A DNA stretch of 64,000 nucleotides from Catajapyx aquilonaris (Eukaryota): assembly GCA_000934665.2 (NCBI GenBank), contig JYFJ02001569.1:1-64000 (forward strand). Direction: 5' to 3'. Below are positions 1 to 11,770 of the stretch, piece by piece. Position 1 is the first letter of the stretch; every line of letters begins with the position of its first letter. The position numbers and the translations under genes are program-made. Under the pieces are notes generated by a model, which had not been told where the DNA came from, did no database searches, and saw only the letters and a program-made list of their open reading frames with translations.

Positions 1-92
1 TCTTATTGATCTCTTAGCAACGACCTGCTTATAAACAAGCAGCTTGTTGATTTTTCCAATAACTGTTGGTGCCACAGAGTTGGATCACCCTG

Positions 93-443
93 TATAAGTA
101 TATAATAAAAATATAAAATATAAAATATAAATATAAAAATAATAAAAAATAAATATAAAAATATAAAAAAATATAAAATAAATAAATAAATAAATAAAAA
201 TATAATAAATAATAAATAATAAAATAAATAATAATAAAAAATAAAATAAAATAAATAAAAATAAAATAAAAATAAAAAATAAAATTAATAATAATAATAA
301 ATAATAATATAATAATATAATAATAATAAACAATAATAATAAATAAATAAAATTAATAATAATAATAAATAAATAAAATTAATAATAATAATAAATTAAT
401 AAAATTAATAATAATAATAATAAATAATAATATAATAATAATA

Positions 444-480
<37 letters not shown>

Positions 481-509
481 TAAATAATAATAAAAATGAT
501 AAATAATAT
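93..509. repeat. AT-only low-complexity / degenerate (TAA)n-(TAAAA)n microsatellite tract
   Basis: About 415 bp made almost entirely of A and T in TAA/TAAAA units. It explains the spurious I/L/Y/F-rich ORFs at 85-668. Confidence 0.95.
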
Positions 510-591
510 TTTGATGCCGTAATAGCTGAGATTGGCAGAGCAGCCTGCCGAAGGTGAGGGCCTGCCGTCTCCATCTTTATGCTCTCGGGTA
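510..591 (-). mobile_element. Partial copy (one end) of the MITE family also present at 31411-31625
   Basis: The reverse complement matches 31411-31491 (TACCCG.GAGCATAAAGATGGAGACGGCAGGCCCTCACCTTCGGCAGGCTGCTCTGCCAAT...CAGCTATTACGG.ATCAAA) with few mismatches. Confidence 0.8.
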
Positions 592-1603
592 CATGCATCG
601 TAACATTCAATATAGCATGGAAATGTGCTGGTGTCATATCTCACAATAAATAATATATTACTGTACACGCATTATTTTTCATTTCGGCCATTGATGGGCG
701 TGGTGCCTTTGAGATATTTCTTCACTCTGTTTTGTCATCTTATTTTTATGAATTTGAGAGTGCTGAAAAGAAACGGAGAGAAATCCCACACATCCCAGGC
801 ATCATAATTACAGAGTGAATCCAGCATGCTGGCAACTCATCTAATAATATATTGATGAGAAAATATCTAAAATAGAAAAGAAAATTCTAAAATAGAAAAT
901 AAGGCCTATAATCTTGACCATGGCAATGGGGGTAATGCTGCAGTCATGTACGATAGTAATAGTCGTATTGGAATGACATTCAAGATTTCAGATTACATCA
1001 TTATCCCTTATACCGTGGGATCGTCTTTTTTCTAACCATTATGATGGGCTACAACGAGTTCATTGGAATTCCGTTTGTCTGTGCTCTAACGCAAAATATG
1101 ACTGTATTAGGCTATACTGTATACTGAACGGTAGAGTAGGTGAAGATTATAGCATCTGTAACTGTATATAATCGGTCTGGACCAGAGTCGTGAATGAAAT
1201 ATCTATAGCGAGTGAACACGTTATTGGAACATACAGTAATAATATGATGGGCCGCATTCACCTTCTGACCCCTATAGTGTGCCAGAAGAACTAAATGTTA
1301 CAAACTGCCTAATTCAGTTGTAAGGTGCCATTGGGCCGCTGTCTTTATGGAAATCCGCAAAAAGATCCGTGTGTTTAGCACAAGTTTAGCGCGTCAGAAT
1401 GAAATTTTGTCAATGAAATCCTATTATGTAAAACTGATCGTCAAGGAGATGCATCAAATAAGATAACATTTACTCAAACTGATTTACGCATTATTTGCAA
1501 TATGACATCTTGTGTGATCCGAGTGCCATAAGAAATAAGTACCGGTATAGGACGGGAGAAGCCCATGGCCTCTCCAGCGATGTAAGACTTTCGTCAAATG
1601 TTC

Positions 1604-1760
1604 TCATGGTCGACACATCCTATTCTTATCTCCTTTCAGCAATGAAAAGATAGAAAGAAAACTTGAATCACAAGAGTAAGTGATTGACAAGACAAGCAAA
1701 ACCTTGATATCAGATACTACCCTATCGCATGAAAGCATAGGGTGAGAAGGAGCTAAAATA
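1604..1760 (-). mobile_element. Possible decayed hAT transposase C-terminal fragment
   Basis: The translation HPMLS...KVLLVLSITYSCDSSF...LLKGDKNRM loosely resembles the hAT dimerisation motif (YP.L...LL.F.TTY.CE..FS....K...NRL). The similarity is weak and no TIR was found. Confidence 0.3.
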
Positions 1761-4135
1761 AGACATTTCCAGTTTCCGGCACCTCCAACTTCATATAATG
1801 CTGGCACAAACATTCATTGTTTAGGTTTCGCATAACTTTGAATAAAAATAACTGTTCAAAATTGTCTTTCATAATTATGATCCTGCATGCTTTACTCTAT
1901 TATGCTTTTGACTTCTTCTGAACCAATATCAATATTGGTAACAATCTGGGCATGTCCATACTCGCAAGATGGCGCACTCACAACCTGAAGCATCATATCT
2001 TTCCTTTTCTTTCTACCGGTAGCTACATCATTCTTCTGAAAAGCAAGCATTTTCCTTTCCCAATAACTCCGTCACATGTTTCTAGTCGTGGAGAGCTGAA
2101 GAAGCCCCCTCCTTCCTCCCAGTCTTTGACTTGAGCGAAAAAGGCAACCTTCACAACAGACACCCCCATCCAGGCAGGTCCCCCCCCCCCCNCCCCCCCC
2201 CCCTCCATCTCCCTCCTCCTCATCAAGCAGGGGCTGGTCCTTTGCGGCATGAAGCAATCTTTTTGCTGACGGAAACCTATGCAAGGCGCGGGGAGATGGT
2301 GGCGTGCCCTTGGCTTCGGTTTTCAAAGCCCAAGCCGCTTCTGGGTTTCGGGGGTATGATGGAGGTGGTGGTGGCGGGAGGTGATGGGAGGGAGGGCGGT
2401 TGAAGGAAAGGAAGGCTCTTTTCTCTCTTCCTCTTGCTCTCTCTTCATCTGACTCCTTCCTGCCCAGATTCCTATCCTTAGTAACCCGAACCTGCCGAGG
2501 TCCGAGCCACCAACCAACTAATTAACTCGAGAACTGTTCAAAACAACTCTGCGCCGTGCCCCGCTTATGCGGCGGGCACCAGTATTGCTCATTAGGGAAA
2601 AGGATGATCACTATGTGTTACTTTTAGAAGTTTAGACTCAAATATTGATGCGGGATATTTTGGACAGATGAAAAGGGACAATTTACGTGAAGTAAGCCTT
2701 GTCATCAGAATTCATTGTAGGGATTCTGCAATATAATACTGACAACAAAACAATATTGACTGGGGATCAAACAAAGGGGACAGGGGCTACTCAAAGTATG
2801 GATTTGTTGCATGATAACCGTTGACTGGCAAGTTCGTTGTGGGGCAAACAAACTGACTTATGCAGTTTCTCGTCGTGATTTTATACACAAGGAAAGGGAT
2901 TATGTAAATGTGTACTGCACGTTGGATTTATTACGTTTGAAAATATGGAACTCTTATGTGCTGCGGTTTGAATTCATTTCTGGTCTTTAATACAGTATGA
3001 TATAGTATGACCTGTCGAAGGGCGATTCAAGAACATTGTGCGGAGTGCAAAAGGTTTTGAATAGTTCATTGCGCAATTTTACCAGGCACAAAGTGTGGAC
3101 AATATTAGCCTACTAGCTATAATAATTGAAGAATAAGCGACAAAATTCTCATACTCAGTTATTATTATAGTATGTTCATTGCATATTCGGTGAAAAAATC
3201 GAGAATGTTTGCATACTTCTCAACATGTCCGAATATTAATAATTTAAATAATTAGGCCTATACATTTCAGCTTCATGTATATTAGACACGAGGAAGGAAA
3301 GAAATGTGATTTTCTCAAATCATATATTTGTCACTTATAGAGCGTTGTTCTTGTCCACTCTTCAATCGGTATTGCACGAACCCTAAAAATAGAAATTATA
3401 ATGATATTTTCATCGTTTTATTTTCTTACCTAAAAGTATTTATGGACGGCACTTCCTCTACACCTCAGCAGGTTCACTAGTCTATTCATAGATATGGTAT
3501 TTCTCACTAACACATTCAGTTGGCATCAAAGTACGATGACTGTAAATGAAGACTAGTAGTGACCACATGTGTACAGTACAAAATGTTATCCAGATTACTC
3601 AAGTGAGATTACTTAACCAGATCCTGGGTATTCCCTTTCCTTAAACATAATATTCTGCCATTTTCTGCGCCTTATCCAAACGTGGAAGCCACTGAATCCC
3701 GTCAGCAGAATGTTTCTTGTTGATATCAGCAAAGGTCCGGTCTTTGGCTTGAATAGCCACTCACACATCACGAAACAGCACGAAAAGCACTGGATCCCAT
3801 CTTGTGACAATGCTGTACGGAAGGGACTGTCACCCTGGCTTCCCAAAGGGCGCAATAATATTCACTGGCAGTTTTATCTCGTGCCATCTGCCTCTTGATC
3901 CAACATGTTCTAATTTTGTGAACATAGTTTACACATTGAGAGTTAAATTGTCACTCAAAATTCTGGAAGATAATCATATTATGGTCACCGTTTCAATGTG
4001 TGCTTAGAATCCGGTAATCTATTGGAGCAGTGAAGCGAGACAGAGAGGTCAAGAGATTACAATTCAAAAAATAATTCTATCCACAAATTGTAATAAAATT
4101 AAACGGATTGTGCTTGAGAATATGTGAAAAGATAA

Positions 4136-4138
<3 letters not shown>

Positions 4139-4190
<52 letters not shown>
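4139..4190. repeat. (TC)n microsatellite
   Basis: Direct dinucleotide run. Confidence 0.95.
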
Positions 4191-4255
4191 CAATGAAATG
4201 GGTCAGTTAATGCTGGTCCTATGACCATCCATATAGTAATATTTGGTCACAGCAG

Positions 4256-4590
4256 AGAGGTGAAGTGGCGTCGCGGTAACGCGTGCGCCCACGGATATGA
4301 AGGTCCCGGGTTCAATCCCCACTCGGGGTTCCCACCTTTATCCGTGCAGAGTTGGGCCATCTCTGGCTTCATTTTGGGTGGAAAATTCCTAAAGACTAAT
4401 GCACCCGGGGGAGTTCCCAAAATGACCATTCAACGACAGCGCACAAGCACTTTGCACATCCCCTCCTACCAACCCTTATTGGAGTAATTAATAAAATTCT
4501 CTTAACACGCTCCAAATAAATACCAATGGTGGTAATCCACCCCCCTAAGGAGTTAATAGCTCCCCCCGTGGGGTAATGAAAAAAAAATTT
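4256..4590 (+). mobile_element. tRNA-derived SINE, family 1, copy A (poly-A tail type)
   Basis: Pol III A-box-like TGGCGTCGCGG and B-box GGTTCAATCCC, an A-rich 3' end, and a flanking direct repeat GTCACAGCAG (4246-4255 / 4591-4600). A near-identical copy lies at 39582-39920. Confidence 0.9.
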
Positions 4591-5551
4591 GTCACAGCAG
4601 CTTCCTTATGAATCTATGTCGCACAAGAAATGGACTGGCATAATATTGGCCAGCGATAAGACGGTTTATGATGTCACAAGATGGATGTCACGCAGCACCT
4701 GATATCCCATAAAACCTAACCCCAACACCTGTAATAATGATATTTTCATAATTTAATAGTACGAGATCTGATGTAATAAATATACAATATAAGTATAGTC
4801 TAATAAATATTAGAGTGCATTGGAATGCATCATTTAATACAGTCATATATAACTAAGGGATAGATGTCACGGGAGAGGACAATAATTTTGACCCAACGAA
4901 TCGTATAATAAAAGGGATATCTAAAACTTATGGCATGTAGTTATTAACAGCTATCAACAGCCATCACCCGAAAAAGCAGCCCTTTAGTGGTTCTGTGAGT
5001 TCCGACTGCAACATGGTTTTTTCTTCGGCTTCCGTCTCTAAAGGCCGGATGATTTTCCTCCCCCCTCACTCACTTCAAGGGAACGAACAAATGAGTCTCA
5101 GTTTTCTCTCCCCCTGTTTTTTGTGAGCGATCTTGATGTCATTCGGTATAAATTATGTCCGGGGTCAATTGGATGACCCTTAAAACATGTTCTGAGTGCA
5201 ACACAGTCGTATATATGCGGGCCCATGCTTCAAAAGCAACAGTTGTCACTGTTCCAACTGACAATTTCATTTAGTAGAAGCTATGCTATCATTTATCTCC
5301 AATGTTTATTATTTTTCGCCATACACTCCTTCCACTCCTATACTTATTGAATATGAACCGACAGGAAGTATATCGGAGTTCCTCCCTGTACTTGTTCATA
5401 TTCCGACTTGGAGACAGGAAAAGTGATCACGAATTCCCGCCTCGACTGCAACACAAAACAATGAAATGTACTGACATGAAGACGCAACATTTGGAATCAT
5501 TCCCGGAAGTGACATAAAAATCGCATCTCAACCCGGCTTCCATGCCATAAT

Positions 5552-5552
<1 letters not shown>

Positions 5553-5622
<70 letters not shown>
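5553..5622. repeat. (AAT)n microsatellite
   Basis: Perfect trinucleotide run. Confidence 0.95.
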
Positions 5623-5623
<1 letters not shown>

Positions 5624-6339
5624 TATTGTTACTTCGTGATAGATGTGGCCTCTTAGGGAACTAATTCGCGATCTTCAGCATGGAAGTCAGCCATAAAAAT
5701 TGGGAAGCACAAAGCACGTGGTAGCATTTAAGTGGAGAGTTTTGCATGTGTGCAGAGCGGCGTTCTGGTTGTCAAAGGAGACCGTCCTTCATTCGCCAGG
5801 TCCACTTACAGAAAGGACAACTGACCCTTCGGCGGTGGTCCCTCCAGTCCGATGCCCATTAGGGTTCGGCTTCCACTTTCTTCGTGTTTATTACCTCTCC
5901 TTGTGGTAATTGTACACTGATTTTTTTTTGCTTAACCTTTAGGTCGTGCCAGAAGATATGCAGCTGGAAAGAGAGAGAGAGGGTGGGGTAGGGAGCAGGG
6001 CAATAACAGTATATGTAGTTTGAGGTTATATAGGGAGGATACAAGCTCGTAACTTTCAAGTTCGTGTACTTTTTTTTTGACGTGTTGGAAGGGCTCCGGC
6101 AGTTGGGGGCCTGCTTAGAAAATTTATTGCTTTAGGACAAAGTATAGTGGAAGGTGTGACACTTGAGACGCTTATGCGGCAAGGAACATTTTGTTGCTTT
6201 GTTACTTCTTGATCAATATTTCAAGGTTGAGTGAAAATGGAGAGATATAGGATCTGTATTCTTCGTAAGCTTTCAACATTTTGCATATCAACACATTAAC
6301 TGATCCTGAGGAGCTTCATCACGTTTGTCTCCCCAGAAA

Positions 6340-6438
6340 AACAATTAGCGGAAGGAAAACTATAGTTTTCCTTCCGCTAATTGTTATTGGGCTTATATCA
6401 TATGTGGAGTATACTCCACATATGATATAAGCCCAATA
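6340..6438. repeat. Two abutting perfect palindromes (46 bp and 54 bp), no spacer
   Basis: 6340-6385 is AACAATTAGCGGAAGGAAAACTA|TAGTTTTCCTTCCGCTAATTGTT. 6385-6438 is TATTGGGCTTATATCATATGTGGAGTA|TACTCCACATATGATATAAGCCCAATA. Confidence 0.95.
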
Positions 6439-9040
6439 GCAAATTAGCCAAATCCTTAATTTTTTGCCTGCCCATCTTTACGGCTACTCTTTTTTTTTAC
6501 TTTGCCCATGTGACATAGCTGTGTACTGAATAAAAAGTTAGGCTAAAGTAAAAAAATGCGTAAGGATGGAAGTAGGGGAACCCCTCTCAGTGATGACAAA
6601 TGGTGACTAGGGGAGGGGGTGGCTCTTGTCGTCGTTGATGTCATCGCTTTTTGTGGTTTATGAAATAGGAAAGCCAACACAATGTTGAAAAAGCAAATAT
6701 ACAGTGTTGAAATAACAAAAAACGAATGGAGAGGATTTCACACCGACAGCATATAGGGTCATTTTTATAGGAAGGAACCGGAGATGATGATGATTAGTGA
6801 CAAAGGGTGATAACAAGGACTAAGAATAATGTTATTAGTTCATGGTGATGATAATCGGCAAAGGTCATCAACTCATCATATCATTTACCTGGAAGACGCC
6901 TGCAACGAATCGGGACACGATCCTTTATTGATCTTAATTATAATCTTCTCGTTGCGCCTGGGCAAACTTGCAACTCTCATGGCTAATAAAGGCATCAAAA
7001 AATCATGGTTCGCAAATAAAAGCACTATTTCTTCCTTCTCTTAGTTTTACTACATCATTGCATACACATCCGAAACGCCGGGTCCCTAATAAGGTGCATA
7101 TTATCCATACTAATATCATAAAATATGCATTACTTCTTTTAAAAAAATCACAATCAAGTGAAACGTAAATCTGCAGCTGAAACTTGACAGAAAACAATCC
7201 CACACTTGCCAGAGCCTCGACTGACCGACAAGGCAAAGACAAACGCGACATCTGGCTAGGCACCCATAAATCCCATGACTGCTCAAAACCCAGCAAAAAT
7301 ATGAGGTGTCAGAAGGGGTGTGTGATTTTCAAAGGGCCGGTGTGAATCCGTGAAGCGCAATACTACGTCCCATTTCACCCACCAAGAGCGTGCCGTGTGT
7401 GTGTCTACTGCATGTGAGTCCATTGCATCCGAGCGATGCACGTGGGAAAAGGAGACTAAAGGTGCCCCCACCATATTATTGATATCCCGGTTGAAAGGGG
7501 GAAGTAGTTGGTGGTCATGGACCAAGGATGAAAGGAATGGTGTAGGGCCATCACATTCAGGGGCTCGTATAATCCCGGTGAGCCATGTGCATGGGAAGGA
7601 TGCCGGGTTGGCACCGATGCCAATGCCACGGAATAGCCAGCCAGCAGCCAGCCGGAGAAAAAAAGAAGAAAAGAAGGTAAATTGATGCGATTTAGAGAAT
7701 GGGCAATTTTTCGGTTGGCGCCTATGATGCAGGCAACCGGGAGAGTCAGGCCCTGCGGCAGTGACAAGTTCCAAGGTTTTTGTCTGGCTCTGTTTGGATT
7801 TTGTGAGTCAATTGTTGATCATATGATCGGGTATGGCGGGTGTTGGTTTTTGCCCAATTGCCAAGTGCATTTCATTCCAGATGACTTGGGGTGGTTTAGT
7901 GTAGCGGTACAGTGTCGTTCCACTTTGGAGTAGCACAAGGCTTGCAGACACGGACACACTCCATGTGTTGCATTGACCGTAGACTACGTTGTGTAATCCA
8001 AAATGGCGTCGGCATGTAGATGTCAATTGATTGCAATTTTATCTTACTGAATGTATACCGGCCTTCTACAACCATGGTATACCGGCCAAGTGCAGTAGGC
8101 TACTTTCCGAGAAGGAGAACCGATGTGGCGTGCTCCCATCACTGGCATCGCCTGTGGGGAGCGCAATATAAGTTCGTTTTATTAAATGTTTTTACCTCGA
8201 GCATTTCACTTTATACTGTATAGAATTGTTATTAAAAAAATTTGATGTGTACCGGCGACGACTTTTGATGTCCTCATATGCAAGTTTTCACGCACCACTA
8301 ATGCACTATGTAAGAAGTTTTCACACTTATTGCCACTTTGACTACAGCATCTGTAATATTAAAATTTTATTATTAAGTGTAGGATAATCGGCCTCAATAA
8401 TTCCCCCACGGGCAAGTTTTGCTGCTTGCTGAAGTAAATTTTTAAATATTATCCCGCCATATTGAGTCCTCTGGATACTATATTTTCGTCATTATATTGG
8501 TAAATCAGTTACTATATGAAAGCACCATGAAGAATATCAATAAATCAAATAATAATCAGACATTCCGCCAGCTTTCTCTTGAAATATGTCACATTGTGCT
8601 ATATACAGTATGAGGCCTGAAATAATGAAAATAATAATTTATGTAGGCTACTTATATTCGCGCATTTCCGCCGGACCTTTTCATTGCATAATGGGAACCC
8701 CAAATAGAATAACACTTGCTAATACTATACAGTAGGTGGTTTTTGCAACAGCATTTAAAAAAATATATACTGAATAAACCCCTAAAGCACCGAAATCCCC
8801 GTTAACAAAGTAAAAGCGGCCTGCAAAACGGTAATTGGTGAATGGGACATTTTGAAAGGAACCAATGTCATTATCGCCGGTTTTGGCAGCGCGAAAATTT
8901 CCGCCGCCAGAGATCTACTTGTCATATTATTTGATACTTTTTGTAACACATTTTATGCGGGTTGTAGATTGTTAGAAACTCAGGTCAGGGTGACATTTTT
9001 AATTCATCAGAGGCTTTAGTAAAATTGCCATTTGTGTGGA

Positions 9041-9288
9041 CCAGGGTCCCCTACATGGTTGCCTCCCCCACCCTAGCCAGGGTATTGTCTTCACGTAGTC
9101 CTTATGGGGCGGCCATATTGGATCTAGATTGCATGCTGCAGGATAGGGAATTGGCAAGCGATTCTTTTTTTGTTTTTTTCAATTGTGTTTTTTTTCACTG
9201 CATGTAGCTCCTATGTGATTTAGATCCAATATGGCGGAGAGACAATACCCTGTCTAGGTGGGGGAGGCACTCATGGAGGTGACCCTGG
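9041..9288. mobile_element. MITE with long imperfect TIRs and 6-bp target-site duplication
   Basis: Ends CCAGGGTC... / ...GACCCTGG. Internal inverted blocks GCCTCCCCCACC..TAG.CAGGGTATTGTCT and GCCATATTGGATCTA. TGTGGA is duplicated on both sides (9035-9040, 9289-9294). Confidence 0.8.
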
Positions 9289-11261
9289 TGTGGACAATAC
9301 CGAGTTGATCTAGCCCGCTAGCACATTGCGTATATTATGGTCCGTGAATCTCTAGCTTGTAAGCCGTGCAGATGAGAACTGCTGTTTTTAAATGCACTAT
9401 GGGTGAGAAAAAAAAGTCTAAATATCTGCTGGTAAAATATCAGCTCATAAGAAAAGCCATTTCTGTCATTCTGTGAGATTCGGTTTTACTGACGTCAAGG
9501 GACGTTTCATGTTACCGGTAATAATTTATGAAAAATGTTTATTACAAATATAGACTATATATAGTATGCCTACGGTACACAAGGTATGACTATATATATG
9601 CGAGGGATGTGTTGTACTGTATAGAGAAAGGAAGTACAGGCAAGATTCTATTGATTATTATTATTGAATGGATATTGAGTCAATTATCAGGAAAGGGACA
9701 TTATCCTTATTTTTTTTACGATTTTTTTGCATTTTTTTAACTATCTCGAGCCTTGATGATAATTGCTGCTTTGGAAAAGTTTGTGAGACACTGTATATAG
9801 ATATAGGCTATATACCAGGAAGTATTACATTTCAAACATTCAGAACATTGCAGGGTTTATAGGCTTTTTCAACATTGTTCATAATTATGCAGGTATGCTG
9901 TAGATGGGCCACCAGTCTGGTTTCTACACCTCAAAGCACTAACATCATCAGCAGTGCCTTACATGCTGCTAATGTATACTTCGGAATAATAATTAAACGC
10001 ATCAGCAAGCGTTAAAAGGTCATTAAGCTATTGTTTGTAATGCCTCTTACAAAGAAATGACGTCCTTCTCAGCTACACTATGTGCTGACTTATTCAACTT
10101 TGATATTGCGACTTGCATAGCTTTAAAAATTCTCCACAGGGTGTTCCGACCGACGTGATGTCATACTTATACTTATAGTAATTTACAAAAATTTCGTCAC
10201 TGACTTATTAGCTGTTCATTATTGCGTAGTTATACTCTTTTACACTATATTTGATATTTGTCATGTTTATAGTAATTTCTGTTGAAATTTGTGGTACGAC
10301 AAACACAATTTTATGAACAGTAGCAGAAGTCTCCTTTCAATGTAAAATAATTAATTACACTTCGATATGCCCGTATAGCTTACACATTCCCGACTTAATT
10401 CAGTGACTGCGTTTATGATGGATTTTGTTAATAGGCTATAATTATGAGGAAATGGTACAGGCCTATACGTTCGATATGTTTTGTACATTTTATTGTTACG
10501 AATTAGAATATTTACACGTCGCATTTTTTCAGATATTCACTGATTTTTTCAGGCTATTCTCTACACGTGCAAACGTTAAAGGACCAATCCTATAATGTTG
10601 CTGCAGCATTTTAATCAGGTCAAATGCTTCGTACAAAGGGATCTAACAAAATAAGTTGTCTATCTAATTAGTGGAAGAAAAAGAAGTTGAATGTGGCAAC
10701 TCAGTTGTTACAGGACTTTATTGCAGCATATGCAAGCTATACCAGTGTAGATTATTATACTGTAAGTTATATCTTTTTAGATATATATATATAGAGATGT
10801 AATTTATTGTCAGTCGTAATACGCAAGTGGTGGTGTAGTACTTCCGTTAGCACACATCTTGCTCTAGAATCAAATCAAAACAGTTCAGCTCCCAGAAAAA
10901 GCAAAGCGGTATCACTTGCTCCTGACGACAATATGATGAGTGTGTGTTTACACTCAATTCATCTCCCCTTGAAGTGAAAAAAAAACGGAAACAAGGATTA
11001 CAACCTCTTTCCCAGTCGCGTGATACATAATTACACGCACTTAGGTTTCATCAATCTTAGCTTCAGAGGGACCCCCCCTTTGGCAAGGCGACAAGCACAA
11101 CAAAGGCACCGCAAAGGTGCTTTTGGGTGGGCAAATTTCAGAGCATCGCCATTCTTGAGACGTCGCCTACTAATCAACTAAAAAAGAAAAGAAAGGGGGT
11201 CTCTGGTACTGTCACCTTGCTTTCGAACCTCCATCTCGTTGCGACACTTCTCAAAACAAGA

Positions 11262-11770
11262 TCTTCAGAGGTGGTCTACAATATTTCTGGTGACTTACAG
11301 ACCTGTCGCTGTGGATGAAATATACGGCCATAAGATATGTCTGACCTAAAGAAGTCGCGAAATAATTTTACACTGTTATGACAATAATTTTGCGCTCTTC
11401 AGTTCCGCATTAGTAATTCCTGCCAACATGTATACAGTATAGACTTTTTAATCAAAACCTTCGTCCTCTTGCCCCGGCGTTTGCCTGATGCTGAACTTTC
11501 CCTGCCCCTTCCCCTGCTCCAGCCCCTACAAAAATAGCATAGCAGATAACTGTGTGTCAACGAAAAAAGTTACCACTCCCCTTTGCCTCGCACATTCCCA
11601 TCTCATGCTCACACATCGTCCAGCCTCATGCCTAAGGAAAATAAATACACAAGTATACTCTAGCCTTGTCAGTCGTCTCCGAAACTTTGTTCTATTTCTC
11701 TGATCAAGCACTCCAGAGGTGGTCTACAATTATTTTTCTAAATTATAGACCTGTCGTGCTGGCAGAAATA
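11262..11770 (+). repeat. Short diverged direct duplication (~60 bp units at ~11262-11320 and ~11711-11770)
   Basis: CAGAGGTGGTCTACAAT...AGACCTGTCG...GAAATA occurs twice, about 450 bp apart. Confidence 0.7.

Noticed and set aside
85..668. Hydrophobic I/L/Y/F-rich ORFs
   Set aside because: Translations of the AT microsatellite.
2556..2585. GC-rich hairpin as a Helitron 3' end
   Set aside because: No CTRR terminus follows and no 5' end or second copy was found.
4221..4487. Repeated peptide KWRRGNACAHGYEGPG (also 39688-39912) as a gene family
   Set aside because: Translation of SINE copies.
7283..7774. 163-aa ORF in a GC-rich island
   Set aside because: No recognisable domain, and several overlapping frames are open, as expected from the composition.
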